From positions 868,001 through 932,000 of the forward strand of contig NW_027271753.1 of NCBI RefSeq assembly GCF_040938485.1: a stretch of 64,000 nt of DNA, read 5' to 3'. This document shows positions 33,649-46,545 of this stretch, piece after piece (the stretch's first letter is position 1; each line of letters begins with the position of its first letter). Below the pieces are notes generated by a model, which worked only from the letters and a program-made list of their open reading frames with translations, was not told the DNA's origin and searched no databases. A program made the position numbers and the translations under genes. This DNA comes from Diadema antillarum (lineage: Eukaryota).

Positions 33649-36623
33649 CCTAAACAAACTAATGTTTATTATCTTTTTAAGCAGATTTGTTTTTCTTTTT
33701 AAAATCATCCTTTTGGTTAGTTGTAATTTCGACACCATTAATGACTAGCATGCTATGGGATAATGCTTGTCGAAAAGAAAATGTGAGCCCAGCGAGTTTC
33801 ACTCCGGTAATCCCGTACTTTACTACGGCTTACCATGATCATGTAAAACGAATGGACGCTCTTCATTAGGCCCATTCCTTCACGTGGTAGTAAGTGGAGA
33901 CGCTGCATTTTTCAGGCTGCATTCGATATCGCGTATCTCTCGCCTGCTCCCACCTGCTTGTAACTGTAACTGGGATTTGGGCGGCTGCAGACCAGAATCC
34001 CAGCAATACGAGGGGCGGGGTAGTGCATCTGGACCCTGGAAATCACTGTCAGCACGTCAGGGAAAATTTTTCAGCTTATCATGTTTCCTAGATCATTTCA
34101 TTAGGTAAAGTCTGACGTCACAATAAAATAGACTCAATGGTTGCATCAATGGACAGCTTGAGACAGTTGGAATATCAACTCGCTACAAGAGCCCAATTCA
34201 ATGTTTGAATAATTGTGCGTCTCTGGAATAGTATACATTATTCAAACAAATTACATGTGATTTGATTTGAATACCACTTCCAATAATAGCTTCGAATAAT
34301 AACATTAAACTTGAGGATATTCTAGAAAACATTGCAGTACTGCAGTAAGTAGTGTAATGTAGCCTGATTCCACAATCCAATCAGTTCTGATGATGACCAC
34401 AAATTGATTTGGTTATGCATGGCCCTTAAATGAATACATGATTAACTAACGCTGATATCATGATCCACTACTATGTCAACATGAAGAAATGTAAGTTTGA
34501 CTTTGAGACCATAGGAAATGTCAACATATGCGACATTAACCATTGGTTTAGTAGCAAAAATAGATTTTAAAGTTACTCTATAAATGCACAGCGGAAATGG
34601 GTCAAAGGCGCCACAGGAGGGCGGTACGGAGGGGGAGGTATCACCCCAACATTCCGGAACCACCCTCTTCAAGATAAGCTTTACACACCACCCCTGGCTC
34701 AATGAATCGGAGCGGCAAGAATGTTCCCCCCAGAGCCCGGTGTCTGGAAAGGGACACCCCACCCCAGTCTGATACCATCGCTCTCCGGCACATTTATGGA
34801 TATAGCATTTCTGCTGTTTGTTACCACACGCAACCCAACGCTCTTCTACCACTGATGTGAACGAAGTCTGCCGCCAGCGCAGATAATGCAGAAGTTGTGC
34901 AGTAGTACGTGCATTTGAATGGCTGCTTGTGTTTGTTTATGCATTTATATGCCTGTGCGTGTGTGCATGTGTTCCATCCATTATGATATTTGTTAGTCGC
35001 AAGAGGAGGGAGAAACACAGGTCAATTCGGGTAAATCAAACAACAAAAATATCAACAAGAAAATAAAGTTTTGCCAGCAACATGAAAGGAAATTATGAAA
35101 AGTTCGTTATCTTTTAATTCATTCACCTGATTTTGACCTTAAAAACTCAAGGCGCTAACCGGGTTTCCATTGTTATTTGTCGTTTTGTATACCATGATAT
35201 TGCGACTGACGCGATACAATTCGTTACTTATTGTGAAGTTAATGTAGACTGGATGTATCTCGTTTAAGGAATTTTCTCCAGGGTTGTGCTATATTGCCAT
35301 TACGTACACGTCTTTACAGTGTGTGGGACTATGTGTACTCATACATCAATAAACTGTAAATTGTGTTAGATTGGCAGAAATAAACAAAACATTCCAGTGA
35401 TGTCATTGAGTTAAACGTCGTCAGCTTGTTCCCTGGAATTCCAGGAATGCGGAAGACATCTCGCACACCACAGACTGCCGTGGCCGCGTCGAACGCCGCT
35501 CCGCCATAGGCGTCACTCACGAGCCGTTTCAAAGCAATTCTCAATCAAGTTCATCATCGTCAATTGAAACAGGAATGCAAGCGATTTACAGTCTATAGCC
35601 TACGAATCAACCTTGTGCGAAGAGCAGCACAAGATTTTGAGGTATCCCTATAGCTATGTAATGGTATGGTGACTTGTGTATTACCGTTTCACTATAATTA
35701 TAAGAACTTGAAGTAGATTTTAACAAGGAATCAAGCAACTTCAAATACCGTCATCACTCACCGCACACACAAACGCTTACTGACGTGCAAAGAAACTGAG
35801 AAATGTGCAAAAAGATGTCTAGCCCGGCCAATATTGTCAGAAACGCCCCTTGGTAAGCTGGAGTATACATTGTACACACTGAAAACACGTGAATGAAGTT
35901 CAAACGCATTCAAGTGCACCCATTAATCCACGCGTTATCAAACTAATGTTCAAGATGTTGTAGAATAACTGTACATGTTTGTTTACTTTCTATCCTATTG
36001 ACAGTACAATAATTATGTCAATAATAGTAAAGAGCAAACAACAACTACAACAAAACAAACAAAATGAAAAATAAAAGCCGAAATGGCCGACTCGGCGTGA
36101 CGAAAAAGTTTAGCCAATATTTTTTGTACATCACATTAATTATGGAGCCAGGCTAGGATAAAAGACTTCACTCAAATATTTTCTTCTGCTTTGTTCGTGA
36201 TGTCAGTGTCGAATAGTTGCTCATCAAATTTTAGGCGGTTGATCAGGAATTACATGCTGTTTGTCTGATGGAAGTGTCCGAGTACCGGAGTTCTTGTACC
36301 TTTTGTGACATCCATCCATCAACTATATCATTCTTCTTCTTTTTCTTTTTTCTTTTTTTTTGGTACGGAAATACAGAGCTATAGTATATATGGAAGGACA
36401 AAAGCTTATTTATATGGGATTTATTAATGTAGTTATAGGAAATTGAATCTATGAGATCAGGGAAGTGCAAGAGAGATGCACCCCCTAATGAGATAAAGGG
36501 GTGGTATACACCTCGGCTGTGACAGACTGGTAGACTAAAATACCAGGCATACCTTTGCAAGATAAAGGTGTTCCTGACATAAAAGCTTGCCCGAGGCTTG
36601 ACGACAAAGCTAGAACTGCATTA

Positions 36624-37064
36624 GGCTGCGTTCACATAGAAGTATACTATTCGGGTATTCGGGTGCTCGTTTTCGAGGGCACGCGAATAGCTTGAATCGA
36701 ACGATAGGATTTCCTAACACCGGTTCACATAAGAGGGCACTATTCGAAAATACCGAATAGCTGCGAATAGTATAGCATAGTGGGAATCAAGCTTGTTCGA
36801 TTTTCGAGCAGCGTATACCATCTTTCGTTTATTAAATGATGAACATTTTGGTCTGGATTTGCCCTTTAGCAAAAATAAGCATATAGACTGACATTCTGAT
36901 GCAGTTTAGAAATTGTTATTGCTGGGATGATTGTGTAGGAGGGAGAAGTAGGGAGTTGATGGTGCGGGTGATGGTGTGATAGGCCTACTGGGTCGACTTG
37001 ACGGCGCATAGCGAATACCGAATACCGAATGCCGAATACCGAATACTTCTATGTGAACGCAGCC
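36624..37064. mobile_element. PIF/Harbinger-like MITE
   Basis: TTA|GGCTGCGTTCACATAGAAGTAT...ATACTTCTATGTGAACGCAGCC|TTA: perfect 22-bp TIR, 3-bp TTA TSD, CCGAATA repeats. Confidence 0.9.
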
Positions 37065-37903
37065 TTAGCACCACGTGATTACTACTTGAACCTCAGACTT
37101 GATTCTGAACTTAGCAAGAAAAAGTACATTCTGTAGCTCGTTTAACATAATTATAGGTCCTTATTGAATATATCCATCATAAACGCAACATATCATTAAA
37201 TTTGCTTTTGTCAATTTTGTCCAAAAAAAATTGTGTGTCATCAGAGGGGCGTGATCCCTGTCATGGATGTTGCACTGGTGCGGACACACAATTTAGATGA
37301 TTGAGAGGCAAGTGTGCAGGTGCACTCAAGCGTGTCTAGCTAAGAGCTGTTGGTGACTTTTAATACGCAGTAGTCATTAAAAGCAAGAACACACTGAAGA
37401 CGCAAACGCACACATAAGAAGGCAAAGAAACAAATTGTTTCAGGCTTTATCTTTAATAATTTGCCAACGAGATTTTAACCATGCAATCACACTATGTTGG
37501 GTACACACACCTTATCTGAGCCCAGAGCATGTGGCTATAAATTGCCTTATGAATTCAGCCATAACACCAAGTCTCAAAGATCGCACATTGCAAAACCAGA
37601 TCCATCTACATTGCTCTTATGTTACGTTCAGGCGAGGCATTCCGTCATTCTTTGACTCACAGAATTCACTATCAGGCATTTTTCTTTCTTAAAATTATGA
37701 TTCCAATACACACTCCGTTAAAAACAAATTAACAAATTTATTACAAAACAAAAAGATATGACGCAATGTTCTAAAATAGAAACATTAAAATTGTGAATAC
37801 ATTCTGACGTGTGAGGAGAGAGAAAAAAATAAACTCTTTCCATATATTCCCCTCGGCGCTTTCTTTCTGTTCCTCTATCCGGAAAGACACTCTCTTTATC
37901 ATG

Positions 37904-38068
37904 CAGGGCTCGACACTAACGGTGGCCCGGTGGCCCGGGGCCACCAAAAACGCACGTCGGGCCACCAAAATTTCAGAAATGAAGAATTTGGTGGCCCAAT
38001 CGGGCCACCAAATAAGGTCGGATGTTTGCCTTTGGGCCACCAAAACTAAAAGTCAGTGTGGAGCCCTG
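37904..38068. mobile_element. hAT-like MITE (CAGGGCTC family)
   Basis: CAGGGCTCGACACTAAC...GTCAGTGTGGAGCCCTG with GGTGGCCC/GGGCCACC repeats. No clean 8-bp TSD was found. Confidence 0.75.
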
Positions 38069-39409
38069 CTTTATGATATATTCACTACTTGCCACCATGC
38101 ACTAAAACTATAGTCTTTTACCTCAAAACTAGACTACATAAGATTATTTGCGATTCAAAACATGTACAAGTGTGTACAAAAGAAAGAAAGAAAGAAAAAG
38201 CTTTCGATTGGGTTTCCGTGGACGTGAATACGTGTTTGAACATATGCTGCATTAGAATATTTGTGTTGATTTACACATTGTACATGTAATTTCATTCTGG
38301 ACAGCACAGTGTATTTGACGATTACTAAAAAACAATAGTACAAAGAGTGAACGATTGATTACAAAGGCTTAGATGCTGCCTTCGGACTAGGTGAAATAAG
38401 CTATGCTTGGTTTCTGATTAATTTAGGATGTTTGCTTGTGAAGCTGCAGGGAACGTGAATAGCATTTGTATAAATGATGTGCTTCAGCTAGCGGTGGCGC
38501 TGATATCATGCAAATTAGGGGTGCATGGAATCTTCTCAGCAATTAGATTTACATGGCTTAACATTTTTTGTCAAATCAAAAATATAAAACTTAATCCGAT
38601 TCTTAATTCAGAGGAGAAGTACAAACACACCAACTCATTAGACTTCAGCCAGTAATATTTGCGCTTTGGAAGTTAAAAAACGATAAAATGTGATCATTAA
38701 AAATGGCTTATTTACATCATGGTTTGCACTGAACAAAATCCCCAAACGATTCTATATTACGTTAGTCATATGTCGTTGAAAAACAATAGAAAGTGTATTG
38801 TCATAACAAACAAACAAAATCACACATAAACTATAGAGTACACAGTATCGCAATCAATATCTGCATTATACTCAAATGCGAAAAGGGGGATTCTTATGCC
38901 GCTAGGAACTATATACATTGTATGAATGTATATTTGTATCTTTTGTTGATGACGATGAATAAGAAAATATTCTCATAGAAAATAAAACTTTTCTTACAAA
39001 AATGTGAATGACGAAATCACAAATGCGTAGACAAGATAACTAGGCCTATTATAGCTGTCTGATGACAGGTACGTCATTCTTGTCTAAAGATTCAAGACTA
39101 ACAAATGGCTGCTTATAATCTATTTTTGTTTTAAAAAATGCCAAGTGTATTGTCATATGAATGAATGTACTCTCCAGTACGGTGCACTTATGGATACGAT
39201 GGGGGACATTTCTTATCTCGCTCACTATCTGACTTCGCAATCTCAGCATGTTACGATCTACTGCTGATAGACCAATCAGAAGCAAGGTGAAAGCCTTGTG
39301 ATCATCCAGTAGAGATTTCAAGTGGGTGAGAGATTGTGGCAATTTTAGGGGGAAAAATAACAATTTATGGACTCTGGAGGCCCAGCAGGCTGCTACAGGT
39401 GACATGGGA

Positions 39410-39991
39410 TTAGACTAAGTAGTGGGACACCCTACCTAGGTCGTCATGCGACTCTACGATTACGGGTCTGTAGCCCACGGTAACCCTCTGGCGCCTGGTT
39501 GGGAAACTGCCGTAGAGGTATCCATGCCCGTAGCCTGGAGAGTAGATATCGGTGTAGCTGTTGGGGTAAAACTGCGAGTAGCGAGTTGAAGCTGGTTTCC
39601 TCTGCTTTCTGGGGGTACTGTAGGTTCCATAGTAACTTCCAGTGCGGGATAGGTAGTCACGTGATGCGTAGTAATACGGGTCCGCTTCGCGTAGCCCAGT
39701 CGTTTCGCCGATGCGCATCAGGGAGTTGCGGTAAGATGGCGGAGGGATCAAATTGTTGGCGTTTGTCAGGGATTTTCTCGGGGGAATCGTCTGCGGTACC
39801 ATGTAGCGGGACTTCACGCTTTCGTATGCTCGCTGTTGGTAGGACTTTCCAGCACCCGTATAACTGCTTGAAACACTGGAACTGCTTGATGGCAGTGGAG
39901 TGCGAGCTGTTGGTGGGACCGACTTCGATCTCCTCTTACGTCGAGGGACCACAGGCGTGTAAGCTGGCGTGTAGGCTGCACTATAAGACAT
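39410..39991 (-). CDS. Uncharacterised 193-aa Ser/Tyr/Arg/Pro-rich low-complexity protein
   Basis: GC-rich ORF with CCAACC-ATG start, preceded by an acceptor-like TCTATTGTTACCAG. Contains PRRKRRSKSVPP and a Tyr-rich C-terminal half. A possible internal phase-1 donor CTAG|GTAGGG lies at 39436. Confidence 0.75.
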   Translation of the reverse strand: MSYSAAYTPAYTPVVPRRKRRSKSVPPTARTPLPSSSSSVSSSYTGAGKSYQQRAYESVKSRYMVPQTIPPRKSLTNANNLIPPPSYRNSLMRIGETTGLREADPYYYASRDYLSRTGSYYGTYSTPRKQRKPASTRYSQFYPNSYTDIYSPGYGHGYLYGSFPTRRQRVTVGYRPVIVESHDDLGRVSHYLV

Positions 39992-40199
39992 GGTTGGCTG
40001 CTGGTAACAATAGATTTACGACAAGAAAGTCAATCTACAACCAATCCAACTTGAAAAACGTTCTTTATTCTTGAACGGAGAAGATGGTAGGACCGTCAGC
40101 TCTTACTGAATATTACAGTAAATCTTACACGAGTTACTTTCCCTTGTGGGCAACACTCAAAACAGGCACAAACACACAGAGACGTCCAACGCTAGCAGA

Positions 40200-40620
40200 C
40201 AGCCAGACGATTATTACACCAGCTGAATAGGAGGCACCCTATGTAACGCCTCGAATGGAGTGTCTGGGCACCTTTTCGCTCTGCCTGCATGTGGAAGGAT
40301 CGGCCGAACACAGGCCTGATGACATTTGCTGCTCGGCGAGGGGCAATAGGACTGCCTTTCAGTGTCTCCCCGTCATCCGATTACAGGTTGGAATTGGCTA
40401 GTGGGCCACCTCTGGGTTAGGCGAGGCGTCGTCTCAACATGCCAGCTGACTTATATAGCTCTGCCATTGGCACGGCTGTGTTTTGATACACCCTCCTTCC
40501 AGCGAGCCCTTGGGATGGAGCGGAGGTTATGTTGACGAGATGGGCGTGGCCTAGGACGGTGGTATATCTAGTCATAGGTGAGGGAAGGGGCGGGAGGGGG
40601 ATTGGGACAAGGTCGATATG
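40200..40620 (-). promoter_or_regulatory. Putative promoter/5' UTR of the 39.4-kb gene
   Basis: GC-rich block with a minus-strand TATA-like CTATATAAG at about 40450-40458 and two CAGCTG E-boxes. A donor-like GTAAGA lies near 40125. Confidence 0.4.
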
Positions 40621-41812
40621 TTGGGGTGAGATGGTGGAGGGAGTTCACATCCTGTTTACGGCGTACGTGTGTAAGAGTGAATGCATGTGTGTACGTGTGT
40701 ATTTGTGTGTGTGTTTCGCCATTTGGAAGGGTTTATACGTGCCATGAGGAAAAGACAAGTACACTAGTACAACAATATCAATGTTTGAATTTGAAGCGAT
40801 TACGAAAATGCGACACTTGAAAATACGCTGTCCATGGAATAGAAGGGGGAAAAGCGATAAAAAGAAACTGAAGAAAGACGGTAATTTATTATCATCCTTT
40901 GTTTATTGGTAGAAGCTATGATTGATGTGCAGTATATAGAATTATAAACTTGACCAAAGCGTAAAATGGTAATAATCTATAATAATACGGAAAATGAAAC
41001 AAATGAAAAGGAAGGACATCAAAACCATCACGTAAAATAACATGAACTTGCCTTGCAAGGCATGCAAGCAGTACAGATGTATCCACTGAGAAAGATACAG
41101 AAAAAAATACAACGGCAGATAAGAAACAAATTGTCAATGTTGCCTATAAATATGTATTGCTGCCTGGATGCAATGTTTGATACCAACATATATGAGAAAA
41201 TCTGTAACTCTAATTAAAAATGATAAAAGAAGATGAATCTATTAGTTATCACCACTCGTAATCCTTATTCCGAAATCTAACTTTAGGGCATATGATTTTC
41301 ATTGGATTGATCTAGATGCGATGATGTGAATCGTGATTTCATCAATAATCATGACTTAGTGAGATTAACAGTAATGCAAATAACATGAAATATTCAACGA
41401 CTGACATGACATAAAACAAAACACACACACACAAACATACATGCATTATAACGAGTATTATTCTATGCAAGTACAGTTGCATAGAATAATAGTACAAATG
41501 CATTGTAACAGGACTCGAATCCTTACTGCTGATATCCACGCATCCCTTGCTATTACGCTAATTCTTCATAAATAATCATAGAATCATAATAGTAATGATA
41601 GTGATTACATTGAGAATAGTAATAACAGTTATCACATGTATCATGATAAGAATATATTATGATTTCTTACACAGGGTGTGATAGCCAAACTAATTTTACC
41701 ACTATAGCATTACACTCATCAAAGCCGTGACAGTTTCGTGTTTATAGTTTAAAAAGTAACAAATCACACACGCATCATTAGGAAACAAGTCCCGGGAATT
41801 CTTACCTGAGAG

Positions 41813-43300
41813 TCAATTCAATTCAATTTATTCAATTTTCCACAATCAGGCAAAATATAAACAAAATACGACTATGATTAAAAATAGTAACAAACAATGC
41901 AATACTGCGTTTACATGACAACTCATAATGCGTATAGGTCATCACAAAAGGCTGTATTAATACAAGAAAGTGGATGGGGATAACAAAAGCAAAGTTGCTT
42001 ATCCAGGTTAAAACCACAAACATGTCATGCATAGCGAATCCCATCAATCAAGTATCATAAAAGTTATGTATGTACAGAGTTAAATTGTATGTAAAGGGAA
42101 TAAAATAAGTTCCTAAATCATAAAGAAAATACAGTCATACAAGCAAACAAGAACACACACTCTCAGGCATACACACACGCACACACAGACACGCACGTGC
42201 ATATAGCCATGTGCACATATCATACACGAACATATTATATGCCTTACTTTCTTTTTTTGGTGTTAAACATTGCCAATCATAGATGCTTTTAATCTGCGTT
42301 TGAAAATATGTAATGAAGTACTACAAATTATTCAATCACTCAAACTATTCCATGTAACTGAGTCCTTATAAAGAATAGAAAGTTTTGAAACATCAGTTCT
42401 TATTACAGAGGAATATGGAATTTTATTGGCTAATCTACTATTATGAGCGTGTGTATTACTATTGACGTCAAAATTCAAAAATATATGACGAGGTATTTCA
42501 TTTTTAAAACACAAAAACATAAAGATTGCATTGTTGTAATAATTAAAATCAAATGTATTCATAATTTTCAATTTGGCAAAAAGAGGCTTGGTATGCGCTC
42601 AGAAAAAATAATTGGAAAGTACTCGTATAGCTTTCTTTTGTAATAAAACGGTCTATTCATACAGTAACCTGTTGAATCACTCCAGGCAATGTTACAATAA
42701 ATTCAAATGTGGAAGTGTTATTGCATTATGTAACATTCTTGAAATACATTGAGGTAAAAAAACGTAATCTATTCAATATTGCGACACCTTTGGATACTTT
42801 ATTACAGACACTACCAATATGCTCATGCCATGTTAATTGATTGTCAACTGTTATTCCGAGGAACTTTGTTGAGAAAACACATTTTATCTGTTCTCACCAA
42901 TTTTAACATCAATATCAACATTCATATATCTTTTGGTAAATATCATATAATTTGTTTTCTTAATATTCAAAATCAATTTATTAACGGATAACCACTGAGT
43001 TAGTTTTTCTAATTCCATATTGAATCGATTACATAAATTTTGAGGATCATTACCAGACATAAAGACGCTTGTGTCATCAGCAAAGTGAATGAACCGCAAA
43101 ATATTGGATACATTGTAAGCATCATTCATATAAATCAAAAATAATAAGGGTCCCAAAATGGATCCCTGGGGCACTCCACATCTTATAGTTTGTAATTGAG
43201 ATTCGAAATTATTATTGATGACATGTTGTTTTCTATCACTTTAAATAACTTTTACACCAATCCAACAAAACATCACTAATTCCATAATGTTTTAGTTCTC
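41813..43300 (-). mobile_element. Decayed, 5'-truncated LINE (L2/CR1-like RT fragment)
   Basis: PQGSILGPLLFLIYMND, FADDTS and KTNYMIF in 42884-43174; LKHYGI upstream and TWNSLSD downstream in other frames with stops or frameshifts. (TTGAA)n tail at 41813-41836. Confidence 0.9.
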
Positions 43301-43523
43301 GGAAATTCTACACTTTTCACGCCAGGAAGAAGGCTGCAAATATGCCAACCCCTAACAATAAAGGACGATTGAATGACATCAGACGTATTATACCGCTAAA
43401 GAGCAGACTAACGGATTGGTAAAGTATGGTACAACCAGCAGCCATCAGTGGAAGACGGTTATATGGACAAGCGCCCTCTTCTGACGATTCAGCACATGGG
43501 GAGAAAACTTCAAGGGTCATTAA

Positions 43524-43906
43524 AGGGATCATATAGTTTTGGTTAAGACCTAATTTCAGGTTTCTAACATTTTTGGCGAGATAATGAGAAACCTCTCATG
43601 AAATATGAAAGGGTATGTAATTCGTTAAGGAATTCAACGGTCATGTGATGAAAATTTGTTTTGAAATGTCTGAGATATCCAAAACAGAGCGATTCTAATA
43701 AAGTGTGGGACCCACCTTTCATTACGATCGCTTTGTTTTACCTTGTTTTTGGATGTTTCAGTCATTCCAAACCCGAAATTCATCAAATAAACTTTGAATT
43801 CCTCTTAAAATGGTATGCTCTGTACTATTTCATAAGTGTTTCTTGGTATCTCGCAAAAAGTTAAAAGCCCGATTTTTCATCTCCACCAATACTGTACCCC
43901 ACCCCT
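43524..43906. mobile_element. Kolobok-like MITE (TTAA-flanked), degenerate TIRs
   Basis: TTAA|AGGGATC...CCCCT|TTAA with partial terminal complementarity. Confidence 0.6.
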
Positions 43907-44954
43907 TTAACTCCTTCTATGCCAGGGAATGTGGACTGTGTGTACGTCGCTACAGAATTTGCTGTGCCAATCGCACTCAAATCAAACAAAGTTTTAATTA
44001 AATGAGGCAAATTTGGGAGAGCTACATGAGAGGTAAAAAGGCAACGAATGTAATTACCTCATTTTATATCTATACCTTGGAGTAGATATCGAAGTGATTG
44101 GTTGGCCTATCGTAGGATTGGTTTGAGGCACCGAGAATTTTGTTTTTTCTATTAATGATTCCGTGGACTCTTTTAGTAAAAAAGGCTGGGACACTCCAGT
44201 CATACAAAGCGAGCAAAATAATGAAGACCCAATTTGTACTTATTTCTTCCTCATTTATATGTGAACTGTATATAATCAATTGACAAACAGATGACGTCAC
44301 TGATGTTATATGACGTAGAAGCATACTAGCTAAAATCATCCATGTGAAGTGGATATTTTATGCCTGCTACCAAATATTACGTGCGTAATATCAAAATATT
44401 TTGCAATATTGACTTTGGTAACGTAAGAGAGCATGAATCGAAGTAGCAGGAAACCATGTTGGTTATCTTCATTTTCTATTGTTATCGTTTTGTTATCAAA
44501 GGTCAGCTTCATGATTTCACTGCAGTCGGTTATTGATTTACTTTACGTTTTCTACAATTCAATGGAGTACGACTTCTGAATCTTATGCAGTCAGTGTGAA
44601 TAAATACGCATTTTATCATCACCACCATTATGCATTTTGCATAATATTGTTTTCATTATATCACCATCACCATCGGAATGATTGTATTTTTTTCAGTGAA
44701 AAGAGATTGAAAATACTCCAAATTCTATAGCCACGCATGATTTCCATGTGACAGAGCAATACATTGAAATAATATACCACGCGTCGTGCCAATCAAGAGG
44801 TGTTATAGGCTTACTCCACGTGTCTGAAAGCGCATGTATATGAGCAATGCATTTTCATTTGGACCCCGGCAAACAAACATGGTACAAGCTTTACGTAAAG
44901 AGCGTTAGTGACAGATACAGGCAGACACGTGAACGGAAACAACGCCACGGACAG

Positions 44955-45000
44955 AAACACAGACAGACAGACAGACAGACAGCAAACAGACAGACGGACA
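44955..45000. repeat. (GACA)n microsatellite
   Basis: Direct reading. Confidence 0.85.
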
Positions 45001-46278
45001 AACCCAAATCTTCATAATTTATATTCCCTGCAGCCAATGACCGCTGTACATGTGTTCCTTTGTCTAAAGTGTTACATAATCATGCGCGTCTCTCTGTCTT
45101 CAGAAGATGTTGATGTATTCACAACTTATCGTCGTTTCCAAAGTATTGCTCATGGGTACAATTTCACTCTTTTCGTCATGATACTGATTGAAAATACTTG
45201 AAGAGGTCTTGCCATGCTCAGAATATTCTTGCCTCTATAGTGTTTGATGATGGTGGGGTACGCTTGAAATAACAAAGGCTGTTATAAAAGCACCATTTTG
45301 AACTTCCCAGTTGCGTAAATGCTAGAAATAAATGGTAACCTTACAAAGAAGAAAGAAAACATGCCATGCAATTTCCTATCAAGCAGAGGTTACAAATGGT
45401 TGAAATAATCCCAAACAAATAGAATTCGATAAAAACGATCTGATATTTGAACAAATCGAAAGGTTTTCGTGTTTTGTAACATCAAATTGTTGAGGTGTAC
45501 AAATTTGTTTGTCATTACTGTTCTTCTACGACAAAGAATGAGGGGAAAGACAAGCGGTCTCTCCTTGTCTCGTGTAGAGGTTGTTTTCGTTTTCTTCTCC
45601 GACCATGAAGCTTTGTTTTCGATCACAGTTAATTTGAGTAACTGAAGAAAATCAATACCCGACTTTCTGCGATAAACAATAACACGTGTCATCCTCAATT
45701 CGAACATAAGGTCGGCTTGTTGTAATTATGCTCAACACCAAAAGAATTATTTTTGGCAGTAGGCCTATCGGCCCAAAGTGTTCGATACGAGTGTGCTCAA
45801 AAAGCTTCCAATGTCTATTTATCGATCCATGGTACCAAAAAATGAAAAAAGAAAGAAAAGACTCACACACGAGAAATAAAAGGAGGGGAGGGTAAATACG
45901 GCCTTGGCTGTGGCAACGAATGACACGTCATTTCTAACACGTCGACAGTTTCTACGTCGGACGAATTGATCAATGCATATGTAGTGACACTCTCGCCATT
46001 CTCCATCTCGCGCTTGTTACAGTAGCAGGGAGAGCGAACCGGATTTGAGAAGCAACTTGTGGCTTTAAAGCGACATCCGATCGATGTCGTCGTTTCACCA
46101 GACGTTCACTGAGGATCCCAAGGTGATAGAAAACATTCATGATCACACTACACTATCCATTTAATACAACCAAAACAGTCTTAGTAATTACGACATACCT
46201 GGATTTAATGTGACAACAGACGAATGTATTACGCCTTGCATGGGTGCGATTATATACATCTTATTTCTCCATGTATAC

Positions 46279-46315
46279 GTGTGTGTGTGTGTTGTGTGTG
46301 TGTGTGTGTGCGTGT

Positions 46316-46356
<41 letters not shown>

Positions 46357-46545
46357 TGTGTGTATACAGAGAGATGTGATTTCTCCACTATGGTCGTTAT
46401 TGCAGTATAGGAGTGACTACTTAGCCCTTCAACAGATGGGAGCCAACGATTAGCGCATTTTATACATGCATCATGCGTGTAGTTCATATGCAAACACAAC
46501 ACACACACATACACACACACACACACACAAACACACAAACACAAA
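46279..46545. repeat. (GT)n tract at 46279-46363 followed by an oppositely oriented (CA)n tract at 46494-46545
   Basis: Direct reading. Confidence 0.9.

Noticed and set aside
39499-40074. 191-aa plus-strand ORF
   Set aside because: Non-ATG start and antisense to the better supported 193-aa minus-strand ORF.
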